The position numbers were made by a program, and so were the translations under genes. 64,000 bases of DNA from assembly GCA_977862235.1 (NCBI GenBank), contig OZ374557.1, positions 2,914,001 through 2,978,000 of the forward strand, read 5' to 3'. This document shows, piece after piece, positions 12,401 to 25,090 of this stretch. The DNA comes from Dudresnaya verticillata (taxonomy: Eukaryota). The notes beneath the pieces are model-generated. The model was not told the DNA's origin and did not search any database. It was given only the letters and a program-made list of their open reading frames with translations. Each line of letters begins with the position of its first letter. Positions within the stretch are counted from its first letter, which is position 1.

Positions 12401-12754
12401 TGTAGTGACCTCTAAATAAGGTGACCGGGAAGAGCTAACAATCAGGGTCACTGCAACGGGACGCCTCCTATTGTACAAGCACGGTATAAAGCGGCACAGG
12501 CGTACCGAGGGGGTCACTGTGGCGGAAGTCGTTGCGCGATCATGCAGCTGAGGCTGTACGGCAGGAAGCCGTACTGTTCCCGCAGAATGAGCACCCGCGT
12601 CAGACGCCGTGAGGAATGGCCTCCTGGCAATTTTGGGCATTGTAAAAATGAAGAAAAAGAAGGGCATGGGCCGCAGAGCGCCATTGTGAGAAAAGCTTTT
12701 GTTTCCTGTCGCTCACAATATAGAGGAGGCTCACTACTACGAGGGGTCACTACA
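12401..12754. repeat. LTR-like element (354 bp), probable solo or remnant LTR
   Basis: Perfect 10-bp inverted ends TGTAGTGACC...GGTCACTACA, internal TATAAA near 12485; no TSD seen. Confidence 0.55.
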
Positions 12755-12855
12755 TCGGGAGTTTCCTCTATAACATCCAAACTTCGACGAAGCTTTCGAC
12801 ATTACGATTCATTCGTAGCTCGCGTGTTTAGTAGTTGTGAAGATCGGCCAATGGA

Positions 12856-13689
12856 TTATGAGCGGTGGGCGTGGAGCTGGCCATTTTCCCATACTGCCTG
12901 CTGCAGCTCTGCACGAACCTGCCGCAATGGGGCTGAGGATTGGACCTGCAGTTGTCCCTGCTCCTGCATAACCATCAGCTGAAGTTCGCAGATGAGATCG
13001 TCAGGCAGAATGTCCAGGTGTAGCTTGAGCTGCGAGTGAGAACCCGGCTTCACACCTTTCAATCTCCGGGCGATCAGCCTCAAGCTGTCACGAACACCCT
13101 TCTGCGTGAGTCTCTCCATGTCTGCCTTGAGCTGTATGCGTTCTTATCTGGTGACGTTCGAGCGTCCCAAGGCAGCTGCCACGGCAGCTATCTCCTCCAG
13201 CTCTATTTCCTCGAGTATGCGGCGACGATCCTTCAGCGTGCGGATGCGGTCCCGTAATGCCTTTTCGAAGGGATGGTTTATTCTTCTCGCAGCATCTGCC
13301 TTTGGCACTTTGATGCTAATAGTCCTTGGGTCCTCAAGCCATCTTTGTCGGTGAGTGGGAGGTACTCTATCAAACGCCGGAGTCCTTTGTATTTTGACTT
13401 CTCTCGAATAGCGTTGGCGATTGAACGATAGTTCTGTCGAAGATTTTCGAAGTCGCGATTCACATTGAAGACTGGTCGGAGCAAGTACGTTTCTGGGGAG
13501 CGGCAAGACAGGATCACCACGAACTAGATCGAATGCAACGGAATTATCAAACTGAGCCAGGTAGGTCCTATCACGGACGGAACGACAACGTTTTCGGGAC
13601 AGTGCATTGCCATAGAATGGCAAGCACCGCTTACGACGCGAGGTCACGTCGTCATGGCAGAGTGAACGATTCGATTCGGTGTCGGCCAT
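12856..13689 (-). pseudogene. Protein with C-terminal ET (extra-terminal, BET/NET-like) domain; in-frame TAA at 13144-13146
   Basis: VTR*ERIQLKADMERLTQKGVRDSLRLI...LKLHLDILPDDLICELQLMV fits the ET helix pattern; ORFs 13144-14079 and 12856-13119 are in the same frame. Confidence 0.55.
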
Positions 13690-14786
13690 GGCACCGAGAG
13701 ATGGAGTATCAGCGTAGTCAAATTCCCATCTGCGTAGTAGCAGTTTGCGCAATCCGAAGACGCCAGAAGAGGCGGACACCCCAGGCAAGATTGCATTCAG
13801 TGGAGGGCGAGGGGGGCGTAGCGGGTACGAGAGTGGGGTCCATGCAGGCGGAAAGGGATAGACTCGAAACACCACCTGGAATGCAGGCGCGGACGCGTCC
13901 GTGCCTTCGTCAACGCAAGGGGTGAGGCTACGGCGCTTCCGAAGCCTTCCCGCGCTTCTTGATTGGACTGCGGTTCCATTTAGAGGAAATAATGAGCACA
14001 ATAGTCCCGAGGGGGAACAAAGACTTGTGCATACGGGTTCATCATATGACGAAGGAACTGCTAGAGAGAAACCCGACATCAGAGGCCAGCTTACTGTATA
14101 TTTTGCTGAAGCTGCTTCTTAGCGCTTCTAGGGCGCGACAGAAAGAGCCGGGAATTTGAAAGTTTTGCCGTTTTGTGGCGTTCAACGCTTTCTGAACACT
14201 TTCGTTCCACCAAACCCAACATGTGAAACTACAGAGGCGGCAGACGCCGGTGATTATCGCGGCAGCCCCAATTTATTGCCGCCTTAATTTTCAAACAGCG
14301 CACTGGGACCCCCGACGCTGCCTCCGAGAAGGCAAGGCCCAATTTCACTAACACAACGAAGCGCAATAGATCCGAACTCGAACTCCGGGAGAAGATACAC
14401 GTGCTGTACTGTTTTCAAAGTTGGGCCAGGATCTGGATTTCCGAATCCAGATCTTGTGCGCGTGCCGCACAGAAGGCTGTGCGGCATCGCTCAAACACTC
14501 ACCGAGTACAGGTGTGGTGTTTGTTCAGCTGATGGTAACCGGCAGGTGCTGTACCGAGGTGTCGGCACCCAGTGGGCTATCATACTTCCGACCCTTCGCG
14601 ACGATTGTGGAACAGCAGCAGCTTTTGTCGAAAGGTTTTGCACCAGTGCACAGAATGAAGACAGAATGCTACAACGAGCAGCGAGACCGGCAGTCTTTGA
14701 AGGGTCGGAAAATCAAACGAGGAACTGTTATCGGTTATCGACATCCGGTCACGTGACGCGATGAAAAATGACGCCATGACGAAGAT

Positions 14787-15578
14787 ATGGTACTGTTCCC
14801 CTTGGTTTATTCGGAAAGGGTGCAAAACCGCACCCTTTCGCTTCCTTTTGAATCTTCGATGGAAACTCCTAAACACTTCGTGCCTGAGATTCCGTGCAAT
14901 CGGGAATGTCGGCTTAAAGACCGGCCAAGTACGAAGCTGCAGTCGGCACGCGCATGCATACTCCAGGCTAAAGCCTGTCTCGGTAGATCTACCTGCTATC
15001 TTGCCATTGCGCATCTTGCGACGCTCATGTCTTCTCTACAACCTTCCGTTCTACAACCTTCCGTGGAGCACAATCCTCCAGGACAAGAGAAGAGTATCGG
15101 AGCTGCTGCGAGCAGATCTTACTGGGAAACAGTGCTCCGGCCAAGTTCAGAGTTGCTTACAAACATTGCGTCGCCTACGGGTGGAGTTGACGTGCAGGAG
15201 CGAAAAGAGTTTAGCTGTGTAGTGTGCAAACGAGCATTTGGACAAGCTTCGAATCTGAATAAACATGTGAGAGTAGTTCACATGAAGCTGAAGCCTCATA
15301 CCTGTGACGCTTGTGGAAAGGCTTTCTCTCAGCGCTCGGTTGCAAAGAATCATTTCAAATCAGTGCATTTGCAACAGAAGCCCTTCCAATGTTTGCAATG
15401 TCTGAAATGGTTCTCGGACAAGTCTAACCGAAAGAAGCATATAAATCTAGTGCACAACCACGAGCGCAAGTACGAATGTCCGTACCATGAATTCCGCAAG
15501 AGATTCGGAGAAAATCGCTCGTTACACGATCATGTGTCAAGCGTCCATCTGAAGGAAAAACCATGTTTGCCCTTATGA
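14787..15578 (+). CDS. C2H2 zinc-finger protein (3 canonical fingers + 1 degenerate)
   Basis: CVVC..F....NL.KH...VH, CDAC..F......H...VH, CLQC..F......H...VH with KP linkers; 4th finger lacks the second Cys. Confidence 0.9.
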   Translation: MVLFPLVYSERVQNRTLSLPFESSMETPKHFVPEIPCNRECRLKDRPSTKLQSARACILQAKACLGRSTCYLAIAHLATLMSSLQPSVLQPSVEHNPPGQEKSIGAAASRSYWETVLRPSSELLTNIASPTGGVDVQERKEFSCVVCKRAFGQASNLNKHVRVVHMKLKPHTCDACGKAFSQRSVAKNHFKSVHLQQKPFQCLQCLKWFSDKSNRKKHINLVHNHERKYECPYHEFRKRFGENRSLHDHVSSVHLKEKPCLPL

Positions 15579-16621
15579 CGAATGCCAGAAGCGATTTGGA
15601 CAGAAGTCGCACCTTTCCTCTCACATTAAGAGCCGTCATTCAAAGTGAAGAATCAACTCCAGCTCTGACTAGTGTATCTGTGCTGGGAAGGCTGGGAAGG
15701 CAGAAGCACAGAAGCCGGGCACAGAAGCCGGACACAAGCCCCGATTTCTAAGGCCGAAGGTTGGACCCAAAAGCTGTCTGCATTCACACGCGAGATCAGT
15801 ATACAAGATAACCAACGCAAGAAATGGAGCCCAAACGCTTCCAGCCGAACCGCTTGATTGCAATATGAATCGCATACTCGAAAACCAATCCATTGTGTCA
15901 GTTTCGATCCCTATTGCAGACATCGTGGATCTGTGACAAGTGCAAACCCCAGAGTGCACCCGACTTGATCCTATTAGGGGATTACAGGAATGGGGACTGA
16001 CATACGACAGTCTCTGGAGTCTTTTCCGTCGCAGGCCAGCACAGGCTTAGAGACGGGGAAGGCTGGCTTGAGCGGTCCGTACAACACCCCTTACTCGTCA
16101 TCAGACATGAGTCCGTTCTGCAGAGGTATCCAGAACAATACTGCACAACAATTAGACGAATGAGGCAGATCCCATGTTTGTTTTGGCGGAAATAGTTAAG
16201 AAACGCCTCAATACAGTATTAGACACTCATATGAGATGAAGAGGGCAGCGCGGTGAAGAATCTTGGGGCATAAATCGTCTATTGGTTGTTAGGCATATTT
16301 GTGCGTGTTAGACTGCGTGGTTTCTTGGCAAGTCTTCATCCCCAAGCGGCCGTGCCGGAGGACCATTCACATGGCTCTTACCCCTTTATGGGTACACGAC
16401 GGAAGACCTGGACAGGTCAAAGACTGCAGCTTGTGCCAACGATCTGAGAAGATACACACTCTCGCCATCGTCAGAAGCGAGCATGCCACGTCATGATTAT
16501 CCTGTAAAGAACCAAAAATAGAACCAAAATGAATGTGTAACGGATAGTGTCAATGATGTACTGTAAGATAGGCTAGCAATGTTGAGACCCTAAAAACTGC
16601 ACCGCCAATACAGGAATTCGG

Positions 16622-16675
16622 AGGGGACGAAACATTAGGCACGTACAGCATTTATCATACTTCGTTCGGCGGCCT
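16622..16675 (+). repeat. Left terminus of the giant element (13-bp TIR + TTCGGCGGCCT)
   Basis: AGGGGACGAAACATT...TTCGGCGGCCT. Confidence 0.75.
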
Positions 16676-16939
16676 TAGCAGTGCGCAATGGCGGGTGGTC
16701 TTTCGGGACGTGCGGCCTAGAAGTATTCGAAAAAGCATATTACGAAATGGACCGGCCCCCCTCTCCGCTCACTGACGAGAGGTGCCTAGATGGGTGGCGA
16801 AGGCGCGCGCACAGCCGCCGCCGGCACGCGCGCGCCATGATCAAAGTGCATTACAGCAGTACTCTGCATCGTGTCACGCAGCGTGACCAGTGCAAAACAA
16901 AGAGCCTGCATACTACATTTGCCATTTGCCAGGCATGTC

Positions 16940-18075
16940 GCCTGTAAAATTACTTTCTCAGCCATTCCGTTCTCGAAAATGTTTTCAAAGGCTGGGTAGG
17001 ACGTCCCTGAATTTCATTTCACAGCCACGTTTCCCTTGAATATACTTTCACAGTCCATTTTGCCACAAAGACCCATTTCGAAAGTTTGCTAACGATGAAA
17101 CTGCATACTATGCCACCGCTATATGGCCGTGAGCAATGCGAAAGAGAACATCACATTGGCGACATAGGACCCGTAAAAAGCATTTCACAGCCATAACGAC
17201 CGTAATCGATATTTTTACAGATTTTATGACTGTAAAAATTAATCTAGAGACAAACAGTCCGTTAAACGTGTTTTGTATCCATTACTTTCGACGGCTGTAT
17301 ACCTCCTGTCGGTTCTGTACCCCTCGTCATTGGTCGCATGGGTCGCATTTTTCGCATTTCCTCGCTCTTGAAGTTTATTTCACGTACATTTTACCACTAT
17401 ATCGTACTTTGCAGACATTTTGTCTGTGAACTAAGTTTTACAGGCAATAACGACCCAGAAACGCCGTTGGCAGACAATATGTATCAAAAGCATACATTCC
17501 CCAGCAACAGTCATGCAAATAGAGGTTTTACAGGCTCATCCTGGCAAGTCCTGCCAAGACTTCCCAGAGGGTCTTATAAATTCATTTCACAGACACTTAG
17601 GCCTCTTAAATTCATTTCAGAGACACTTTGCCCTGTTAAATGCCTTTCACATACCTTTAGCCTGTGCAATTCATTTCAAAGGCAAGTCTGTCTGTGAAAG
17701 GGGGTTTCCATACATATGATACGGCGTAAATCACATTTATTCACTGCAGATGATAGTTTCATGGTTTTATATCTGATACCACAGAATCAGCCTTTGATCT
17801 ATCTGCAGTTCTCGAAATGTTATTTATGAGGCCTGGAGCCCATGAAACATTGTTTCTAGATATGAGGTACGTAAAATGGATTTTCAAGGTCATCCAGACT
17901 GAGAAATGTGCTGCACATGCCGTGCTGTTCTTTAATTATAATTCAAGGTCCAGATATTTCCCCGCGGAATACATTTCACAGGCAACGGAATGTTGCAAAC
18001 AGATTTCACAGCCACTGTCACCCTAGAAGTATCTTTAACAGCTTCGAATGTCGTAGAAATTGCTTTCACAGCCCT
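16940..18075. repeat. Palindromic ~30-bp-period array 1 (left subterminal)
   Basis: For example 17577-17700: TAAATTCATTTCACAGACACTTAGGCCTCT / TAAATTCATTTCAGAGACACTTTGCCCTGT / TAAATGCCTTTCACATACC... Confidence 0.8.
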
Positions 18076-18236
18076 CGGTTCGTTTATTTCCCGTTTGTAG
18101 CTGTTCGTTGCACAATTACATCTTTCTAGTCTATATTATTCCTATGGAAGACGATGTTGTACTGCACAGTTAGCACATTATGCTAAGAATCTTTAAATTG
18201 GAAGTTAACAGAGGTAGTTTTGTTTAGTAATAGCAA

Positions 18237-20830
18237 CTAGTCTACAATCTTCTTGTCGAATTTGTAGATTGCTTCCTTAGCGTAGCTGCGAAACCTCGAA
18301 ACCATCATCGAAATAAAGTCAAACGTAAACAACCCCTTCTGGTTGAAGCGGTACATCTTCCAGGCCCTCTTTCGTCCCTTCAAGTCTTTATAGTTTGGGT
18401 ACTGCCTTCTTTCTAAGCATACATTACTTATGCGATCCATATATCCTTTCTTCATTCCATTGGCGACATGGGCGAGCGCATAGAATCCGCAAGTAGTGCT
18501 ATCCATCTACAATGGCCCAGTTATTATGGCACCAAGCTCGATGTAAAACTGTCTCAAAGACTTCATAGCCTTGGTAAAGCTGGGAGGGTCGCGCTCTTCC
18601 TTGTCCTTGAACTGTTGGAGACGCGTCCGGTATGCATGCCTCAATAACAACTCCAGAAGCAACATCACCGTATTGAAGACCTCTCCCTGATGTAGCTCGT
18701 CAAGGCTATCAAACATGAAGAGTAAAGGCTGCTTCATTTTGAGCTCATCCGCAAGATTAAACCCTTCTGGAAACGGGTGTTCTTCTAAAAGCTCGTCTAC
18801 TACGAAGCTGAGAACGATGGAAGATTTACACAATGCCACCATCTCGTAGTGCTTTCCAGACTCCCGATAGACAATAACAAATATACATTCCTGAACCATG
18901 AGAAGAGGTATGCTCCCTTTTGTCATGTAGCGGGTTAGACGGAGAGACAATTCCTCTTTCCCTACCCCGGCCTTCAATTCGTCTGAAAACCCCTTGGTAA
19001 GTAAAGTATCTGTGAGGAAACGACGTCGGCTCTTCCTTCATGAAATGGAAAAATCCCACGTACTCTCTCCAAGCATTGGCCTGCTAGATGCAAGGACAAA
19101 TCGTTGCATTTTGCAGTAGGGAAGCTAAAAAAAGGACCAAGTGCTTGCTCTGTTAGCGTTACGGCATCAGCCGTCTTAATACTAACTTCTCCTTCAGGCC
19201 AACCCTGAACTCTATACTTCGTCGTACAGGGGATCTTCGTAGCAACAAGTGATCCTTTTCCCTTCTTCTCGTTGACCAAACGGCTAACCATGACGACTTC
19301 AGCAGACTCAGTTCTTGTACCTGTCTCCAGGGCTACACCTTTACTGCCCTTCTCGTGTTCTCCATCTTCATTCCTCTGTTTCTTCTGCCCTGAGGTCTCA
19401 GGCACATTCTTCGCTTCCATATTCTCCTGGCAAGTATCAGCAACTTTCGGGGCTTTAGTCTTGACCGCATCGGCTTTCTTGCCCACCTTCCCAATACTTA
19501 ACTCATTAGCCTTGTCAGCTTTGTCAGCTTCAGCCTCTTTACTGCCCTTCCCATCCTCCCTGGCGCTGGATTTCATAGCTTCAGACTTTTCAACATCTGT
19601 ACACCCAACTGGACTTTCTCCCTTCTCGGCAACCACGACAGCAAGCTTGCCCGTACTGACATCCTTATTATCACCCCTGACAATATCTAGAGATGAAGAC
19701 TTGTTTGCTCCAAATTTAGTCGAACCCTTGACAGTGCTGATAGCAGTAGACTTAGCCGCTCCTCCCGTCCCTTCATCCTTGCTGGAGTCGACAACGGCAG
19801 ACTTCTCCGCTACTGATTTCTCTGCATTCTTGCCGTAATCGACAGCTGCCTTTATCTTCGATATAGCCTTATTGCTGTCCTTGGGCACATCAATATCAGT
19901 GTTATCATCCGTCCCGTCCACGTTAGGAGCATCAGCTGGTAGCGATGATGGACCGGCAAGGTTCTTAACACCCTTTCCAGCATGCTTGGCACTTCTACTG
20001 GGCACAGTCTTGCCAGCTTTGCCACTGGTCAAGTTAGCTTTGGGTCCCTTCCCGTTGCCTGCCTGAATATTCACTCCCTTTGCTTCTCCCGACTTGCTTT
20101 TAGTCTTTCCAGATGTTTTCTCTGCGTTCTTGGGGACAGGTTTCTTAGCATCCTTGTTTGCAGCCTTCTCCACAGATACCATATCCGTACAAGGAATGTC
20201 TTCTTTGGGTCGACTGGGCTTCTCAGTCTCGATAGAAAGGTGGTCAGATAAATCCAATTCAGCAGTACAGCGTCCTTCCGTCTTCTTCCTCTTCGCCGGT
20301 TTTGTGCTTCTCGGTCTTTTTGATGCCGGCTCTGGCGAAGAAACGCGATGAACAGAATTGTCCGTATTCCGCCTCTTCCTTTCCCCTTTTGTTCGTCTTT
20401 CAACAGTCGGTACGCCTTTCGCTGAAAGTTCTGGAGAATCCTTCATTCCGTTCCTCTGAGACCTGCTCATGATCCCAGGCTCTGATGGCATATCGGGCAT
20501 CACCCTAGTGCCAAGCACGCTCAGAAATGCGTCAGGAACAGGACCCCAGCATGGGGTGTGTGCGGCATACTCCTCGAACGCATCGACAGTTAGAACCTTA
20601 GCACTATTGTCGTATACCCTTGCATGCTGAACAATAAGGTCGCCCAGGCTATCTCCATGCAAAGATCCGCTATAGAAACGCCTGCAGGCCTCTGCCTCCA
20701 TCTCATGGAGTGCTAGACATTTGTTTACTTCTTGCCCATTCTCTTCGCCAATATCAGACCCATCGGCGGAGTTGGGTTCTGAAGCGGCACCGATAGATGA
20801 ATCCTCTCTAGCTTCACTAGAGTCAACCAT
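18237..20830 (-). pseudogene. Ulp1/C48-like protease with long K/A/D/E-rich disordered N-terminus
   Basis: SGKHYEMVALC (His), FMFDSL (Asp), GPL*MDSTTCGFY (Gln position is TAG; Cys); frameshifts near 18975-19070. Confidence 0.75.
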
Positions 20831-21444
20831 ACTTAACCCCTGGCAACCTTGTAGCTGTATATTAACGGCCGTTTATGTGCGCGAGACACACGCATTCAAC
20901 AACAAGAACAACAAGAATTTCCGGGAGTGTTTGGCGCTTGCGCACGCCTCGCACGCCACCGCAAGATAGGGTTTCGAAGAGACACGCAGCAGGGGAAGAT
21001 CGCCCGTGGATCCGTAGTTGCCGCAGACAAAACTACGAAAGATAGAGAGTTAGTTCGAGAGGGAGGGTAAACAACACAATACGAACACACGAGGAAGGAC
21101 TGAGAGTTAGAGTCGACGAAAGCGCAAACGCAAATGAGACCCGAAGAGAATTTTGGAGTCCGTGTGACGTACATGTTCTGGTTTCAGAGTTCCTCCACGC
21201 CAACGCACGGAATCCACAGGTTTTAGGATGCCCCAAGCGGCTGAAGTCCACCGTACAGCCTTGTGGACCTCTTTTTGGATGGAGGAGGAGGGGTGGGAGG
21301 TGGGAGGGGCCCTCACTGCACTGCGCTGGTTGTTCAGGGCGGGCGGAACTGGGCCATGAGCGCGCGTCCGGTAATTGTGAGCAAAAATTCCGAAAATCCC
21401 CGGCTCGGCTGTCGTGGTCGCTCGCTGATTGTAGGGTTTTCTGG

Positions 21445-21725
21445 TTTTCTGAAATTCAGTAAATTACAGGTTTCATTTCAATTCATGTCGATGTAATTGT
21501 AGCCGAGCTCAGGAAAGCAGTGTCTGGCCCCCTGTACACCAGAAGCAATATTGAGGGCGCAATGACATTATAAAATCAACTTCATGGCCTGTACGCCTGT
21601 GAACTATATCTTTTGAGACATAGATGGCATTATGTATACTTTCACAAGCCAAATGGCGGTGAAATGCACTTCCCGTTCCTGGCGTCTGGGAATCAGGTTT
21701 CACAGGCAAGCATAGAGATTTCATG
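21445..21725. repeat. Palindromic array 2
   Basis: CCTGTGAACTATATCTTTTGAG, TATACTTTCACAAG, GGTGAAATGCACTTCCC, CTGGGAATCAGGTTTCACAGG at ~30-bp spacing. Confidence 0.65.
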
Positions 21726-22170
21726 TCGTCAATTGCTTAAGCATGCAGGCGCCTGCATCGCGCTCTGCCTCCATGTCCAGATAGACACATGCAATATCGC
21801 GCGATTGCACGAAGGGTGACACAAGCGAGGACCTCCGCAAGACATGTGTTACGCTGCATCATGATGCATTCGAAAACAACAACACAGAAATGCCAACCGC
21901 TAGAGAGTTTTATATGAACAAGTTAACATATGTTGAGATATCTTTATGTTGTGCCGAGCTTGATCGCACATACATGTCTATAGTACAATGTTTATGACGT
22001 ACTGGTTCTGACTCTTCCGACGCGCAAAGGGGCTCTCGCAACTCGTTCCCCAGTTTCCGCGTCAAGTCTGTTGAGGTAGAAAGCAGCAACTGTCTCTTCA
22101 TATACACTGGAAATAATGTAGCGGAACCGAGGAAGGATGATGCCCAAGGACAACAATCGAATGGTGGTTG

Positions 22171-23916
22171 CTACCCATAGATCATCTTTTCCTTCCCAGT
22201 CACTCTATCCCAATCTTCAATAGATAAATCCACTGCATCCAGTGCTTCATGACAATGAACGAGCAGCTCCTGGGCTATGGACATTGCCTCCTTTAGAAAG
22301 GAAAGAGTATCGCACAGAGCAATCTTGACATCTCCATACGCCCTAAATCGCTCTTTATCCACCACAATGCGCCCAATCTTGCTAACGGCCCGTTGAGAGA
22401 TGGGAATATCTCTATCATCACATTCTTCTCGCAACGAAGACAACAAATAAGACTGAATACGAGCTCCAATTTCTTCTCTTGAGGCAGAAGGGGACAAACC
22501 AGCTTCCGAAACACCCGCGCCTGAGGTTCGAAGTCTCTCAGCAGACTTCCAAATGTCTCCAAACATAGGTCTACCTCTACGGAAAGGGTTGTTTTCAGCT
22601 TCACTGGGATTCATCTTCTGTGTGGACACAAGGACTCCACTTAAAACTCCAAGAAGACTGAAATCCAAATCCACAGTGTCAAGCTGACATACGTTCTGCA
22701 GACAAGTATCCATTTCGGTAATCGCGGTCCCCAGCGATGAATGCGAACTGTCACGTACCGATTTGAAGGCAAGCTTGCGGTCTCTTTCTGAATCACGTGC
22801 TGTGTACAGGAGGTTGAATAGGCACTTGAATAGGGAAGAAACCATAAGGGCTCGATTCAGCACCGTGTAGTTCTCATCGTCACCAAGGACAATGCTGCGG
22901 TCAGACTCTCTCACAATTAAGGTCGAGTCAATAAACATCCTTTGCCATGAGGCATATACTCTGTGTACTCTGAATAGAAATTGTTGCTGCCCACTTGATG
23001 CTTTCCCAGACTTAACTTCAAGAGCATATGCAATTGCAGTTGAAAGCAGCATCGACGGCGTGAAGCGGCCATATACGGCTCCTGTATCTCGACCATCTCT
23101 TGCGAGTACGTTCCGAAGAAATGATCTAGGAATCTCGTGCAGCTTGTCCAATTTCTCATCCACCCTAAGCACCTTCCCCTTCCTCCCTCCCTTACCACGA
23201 CTTTCGATTTTCTTTTTGTCTTCTGTACCAGCCTCCCATCGTAGAGACAACACAGAGGATAAGTCTTCCGCTGCGGTATTGCACAAGGACGTCTGATTAC
23301 GCCTGTAGATACGCTTCAAGTCTTTGTTAGTACCGCTTTCGGTGTCCACATCTTGCTTCTTCAAAACGTTGGCCACGAATAGGAGAGCCTTTCGACGCGC
23401 TTCATTGTTTCGAAAATGCTTCCTCATAGTTTTCCTTAGCGACGAAGCAATCAGTAACGTATGCAATCGGTCAAGACCGGAGTCAAAGCAGCTATCGCCA
23501 TCAAATTTGCACCAAGAGGCAAATGAAATGTTAATGACCTCGGCGATTCTCCTCTTCAACATTTCTCTTCGTGTTGTGTCTTGGACAAGCTTCTGAATAT
23601 TGAGCTTGCTTTCCTCTCCTGCTGGACGACGCTTGTACGAACCCCTTGTCTTCGCAATAGTCTTTTTTCCCTTGGACGTTCTGGTCGCAGTATCACCAGA
23701 TACACCTGAGTTACCCGTACCTGACCTTCTTGCTTGACACCATATCTCAATACCCCCTTGCAAAACGATGTGGGATTGGAAAGATATACAGGCGTGATTG
23801 CCACCAGCTTGCGCGAGACATACAGTTCCGGGGTTGATTGGCGCTCGCACGCAACGCGCGCTGAGAAGCGCAGGAGAATAAAGGCGCTTCGCTCTCGAAA
23901 GAGTGCAGAACCGCAA
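22171..23916 (-). CDS. Orphan protein (581-aa open frame), basic N-terminal half, predicted helical
   Basis: Long uninterrupted ORF, co-oriented with neighbours and bracketed by arrays; start codon uncertain; no motif recognised. Confidence 0.7.
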   Translation of the reverse strand: MRFCTLSRAKRLYSPALLSARCVRAPINPGTVCLAQAGGNHACISFQSHIVLQGGIEIWCQARRSGTGNSGVSGDTATRTSKGKKTIAKTRGSYKRRPAGEESKLNIQKLVQDTTRREMLKRRIAEVINISFASWCKFDGDSCFDSGLDRLHTLLIASSLRKTMRKHFRNNEARRKALLFVANVLKKQDVDTESGTNKDLKRIYRRNQTSLCNTAAEDLSSVLSLRWEAGTEDKKKIESRGKGGRKGKVLRVDEKLDKLHEIPRSFLRNVLARDGRDTGAVYGRFTPSMLLSTAIAYALEVKSGKASSGQQQFLFRVHRVYASWQRMFIDSTLIVRESDRSIVLGDDENYTVLNRALMVSSLFKCLFNLLYTARDSERDRKLAFKSVRDSSHSSLGTAITEMDTCLQNVCQLDTVDLDFSLLGVLSGVLVSTQKMNPSEAENNPFRRGRPMFGDIWKSAERLRTSGAGVSEAGLSPSASREEIGARIQSYLLSSLREECDDRDIPISQRAVSKIGRIVVDKERFRAYGDVKIALCDTLSFLKEAMSIAQELLVHCHEALDAVDLSIEDWDRVTGKEKMIYG

Positions 23917-24409
23917 GGAGGTTAAACTCAGCGCGTCGTTAGACGCAGGTGCTCACAGGTACGATTGACAGGTAGACACCCGGGCGTGTCGCCCGAAGGA
24001 CACGCTCGAGCGATCGCTCGACAGGTCGCGCTCGTCGTCGCGCGCGCGGAGGTAGATCAAGGAAAACCTTCGCAGATATCACGACGTATCTCTTGATCGA
24101 GCCTGTTCGAATAGGGAGAGCACAGGGAGAGTGCACACCCAAGGGCAGGTGTGGGGGATTGCGGGAAGTTGCCAGAACGCGTGTACTGGACGACCAACCG
24201 CGAAGATTTGAGGCTATTGCGTTTGAGGTGAAATGGCCCAGATGGGTGTGGGCCGGCGTTGATTCCATGGAATGAGTGTACTCAACGGTGGCCATTCAGT
24301 CTGAAACAATCGAAAATCTAGAGTTTGAAAATATTATCATTTTTCTCCGAAGGCATTATATTTTCTAGGATCCATAGCAGTCCATATTTTTCAATCTACT
24401 GAAGTCAAA

Positions 24410-24765
24410 TATCTGTGAAATACATTTCTGGGACTATTAGACTGTTTATTAATTTCTAAGGCCGTTTGGGCTGTGAAAGTTCTTTTACGGGCACAAAAAT
24501 TGGCGGAATCTGATTTTGACGTTCTTTACCTCAGGACCAGAGGTAGTCGTCGTGGAGGTTTCATTGCGCGGGATGGTAATCAATGTTAACAATTGTTAAG
24601 TTAGATTTTCATCAACTGCAAATCACCTGAATGGCGTTTCATAGCCACATGTGCCTGTTAATAGTAGTTAATTGGCACGTACGCCTACTAAAAGCATTCT
24701 ACAGACAAATGAACCTGTGAAACCATTTCTACGAGAAGGTGTGTCTGTGGATTTCTCTTTACAAA
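24410..24765. repeat. Palindromic array 3
   Basis: CTGTGAAATACATTTCTGG, CTGTGAAAGTTCTTTTACGG, CCTGTGAAACCATTTCTACG, CTGTGGATTTCTCTTTACA. Confidence 0.7.
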
Positions 24766-25090
24766 AAGCGGGAAGACACTTAGTTTATTGGTAACTACAG
24801 AACAGGTCCAAGGATATGGAAACGTAAATCTTCAGTAATGCGTGCGCGCAGCAGCATGCCCGCATTAGCAGCTGCTGAAGAAGTCTGTTTCCATGTCTAG
24901 TGCGATGTATGCTAGGCATACGCATATGGAAACGCTTGAAATACGTACTCTATATCGGAAGGGAGCTATGTATAACATCCACAAGTTTATTGAATTGACA
25001 GAAGCACGCATGCCTACGCTTGCATCCATGTCGAGATTCTTTCACACTGACTAGGACCGCTGCAAATAAGGTTCCACACAGTTGCGAATC

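Noticed and set aside
12391..12407. TAGTG as the right end of a CACTA element
   Set aside because: Better explained by the 10-bp inverted match to 12745-12754 (LTR-like ends); no partner CACTA start was found upstream.
14430..14453. Perfect 10-bp-arm hairpin GATCTGGATT-TCCG-AATCCAGATC
   Set aside because: Isolated, with no supporting context for a function.
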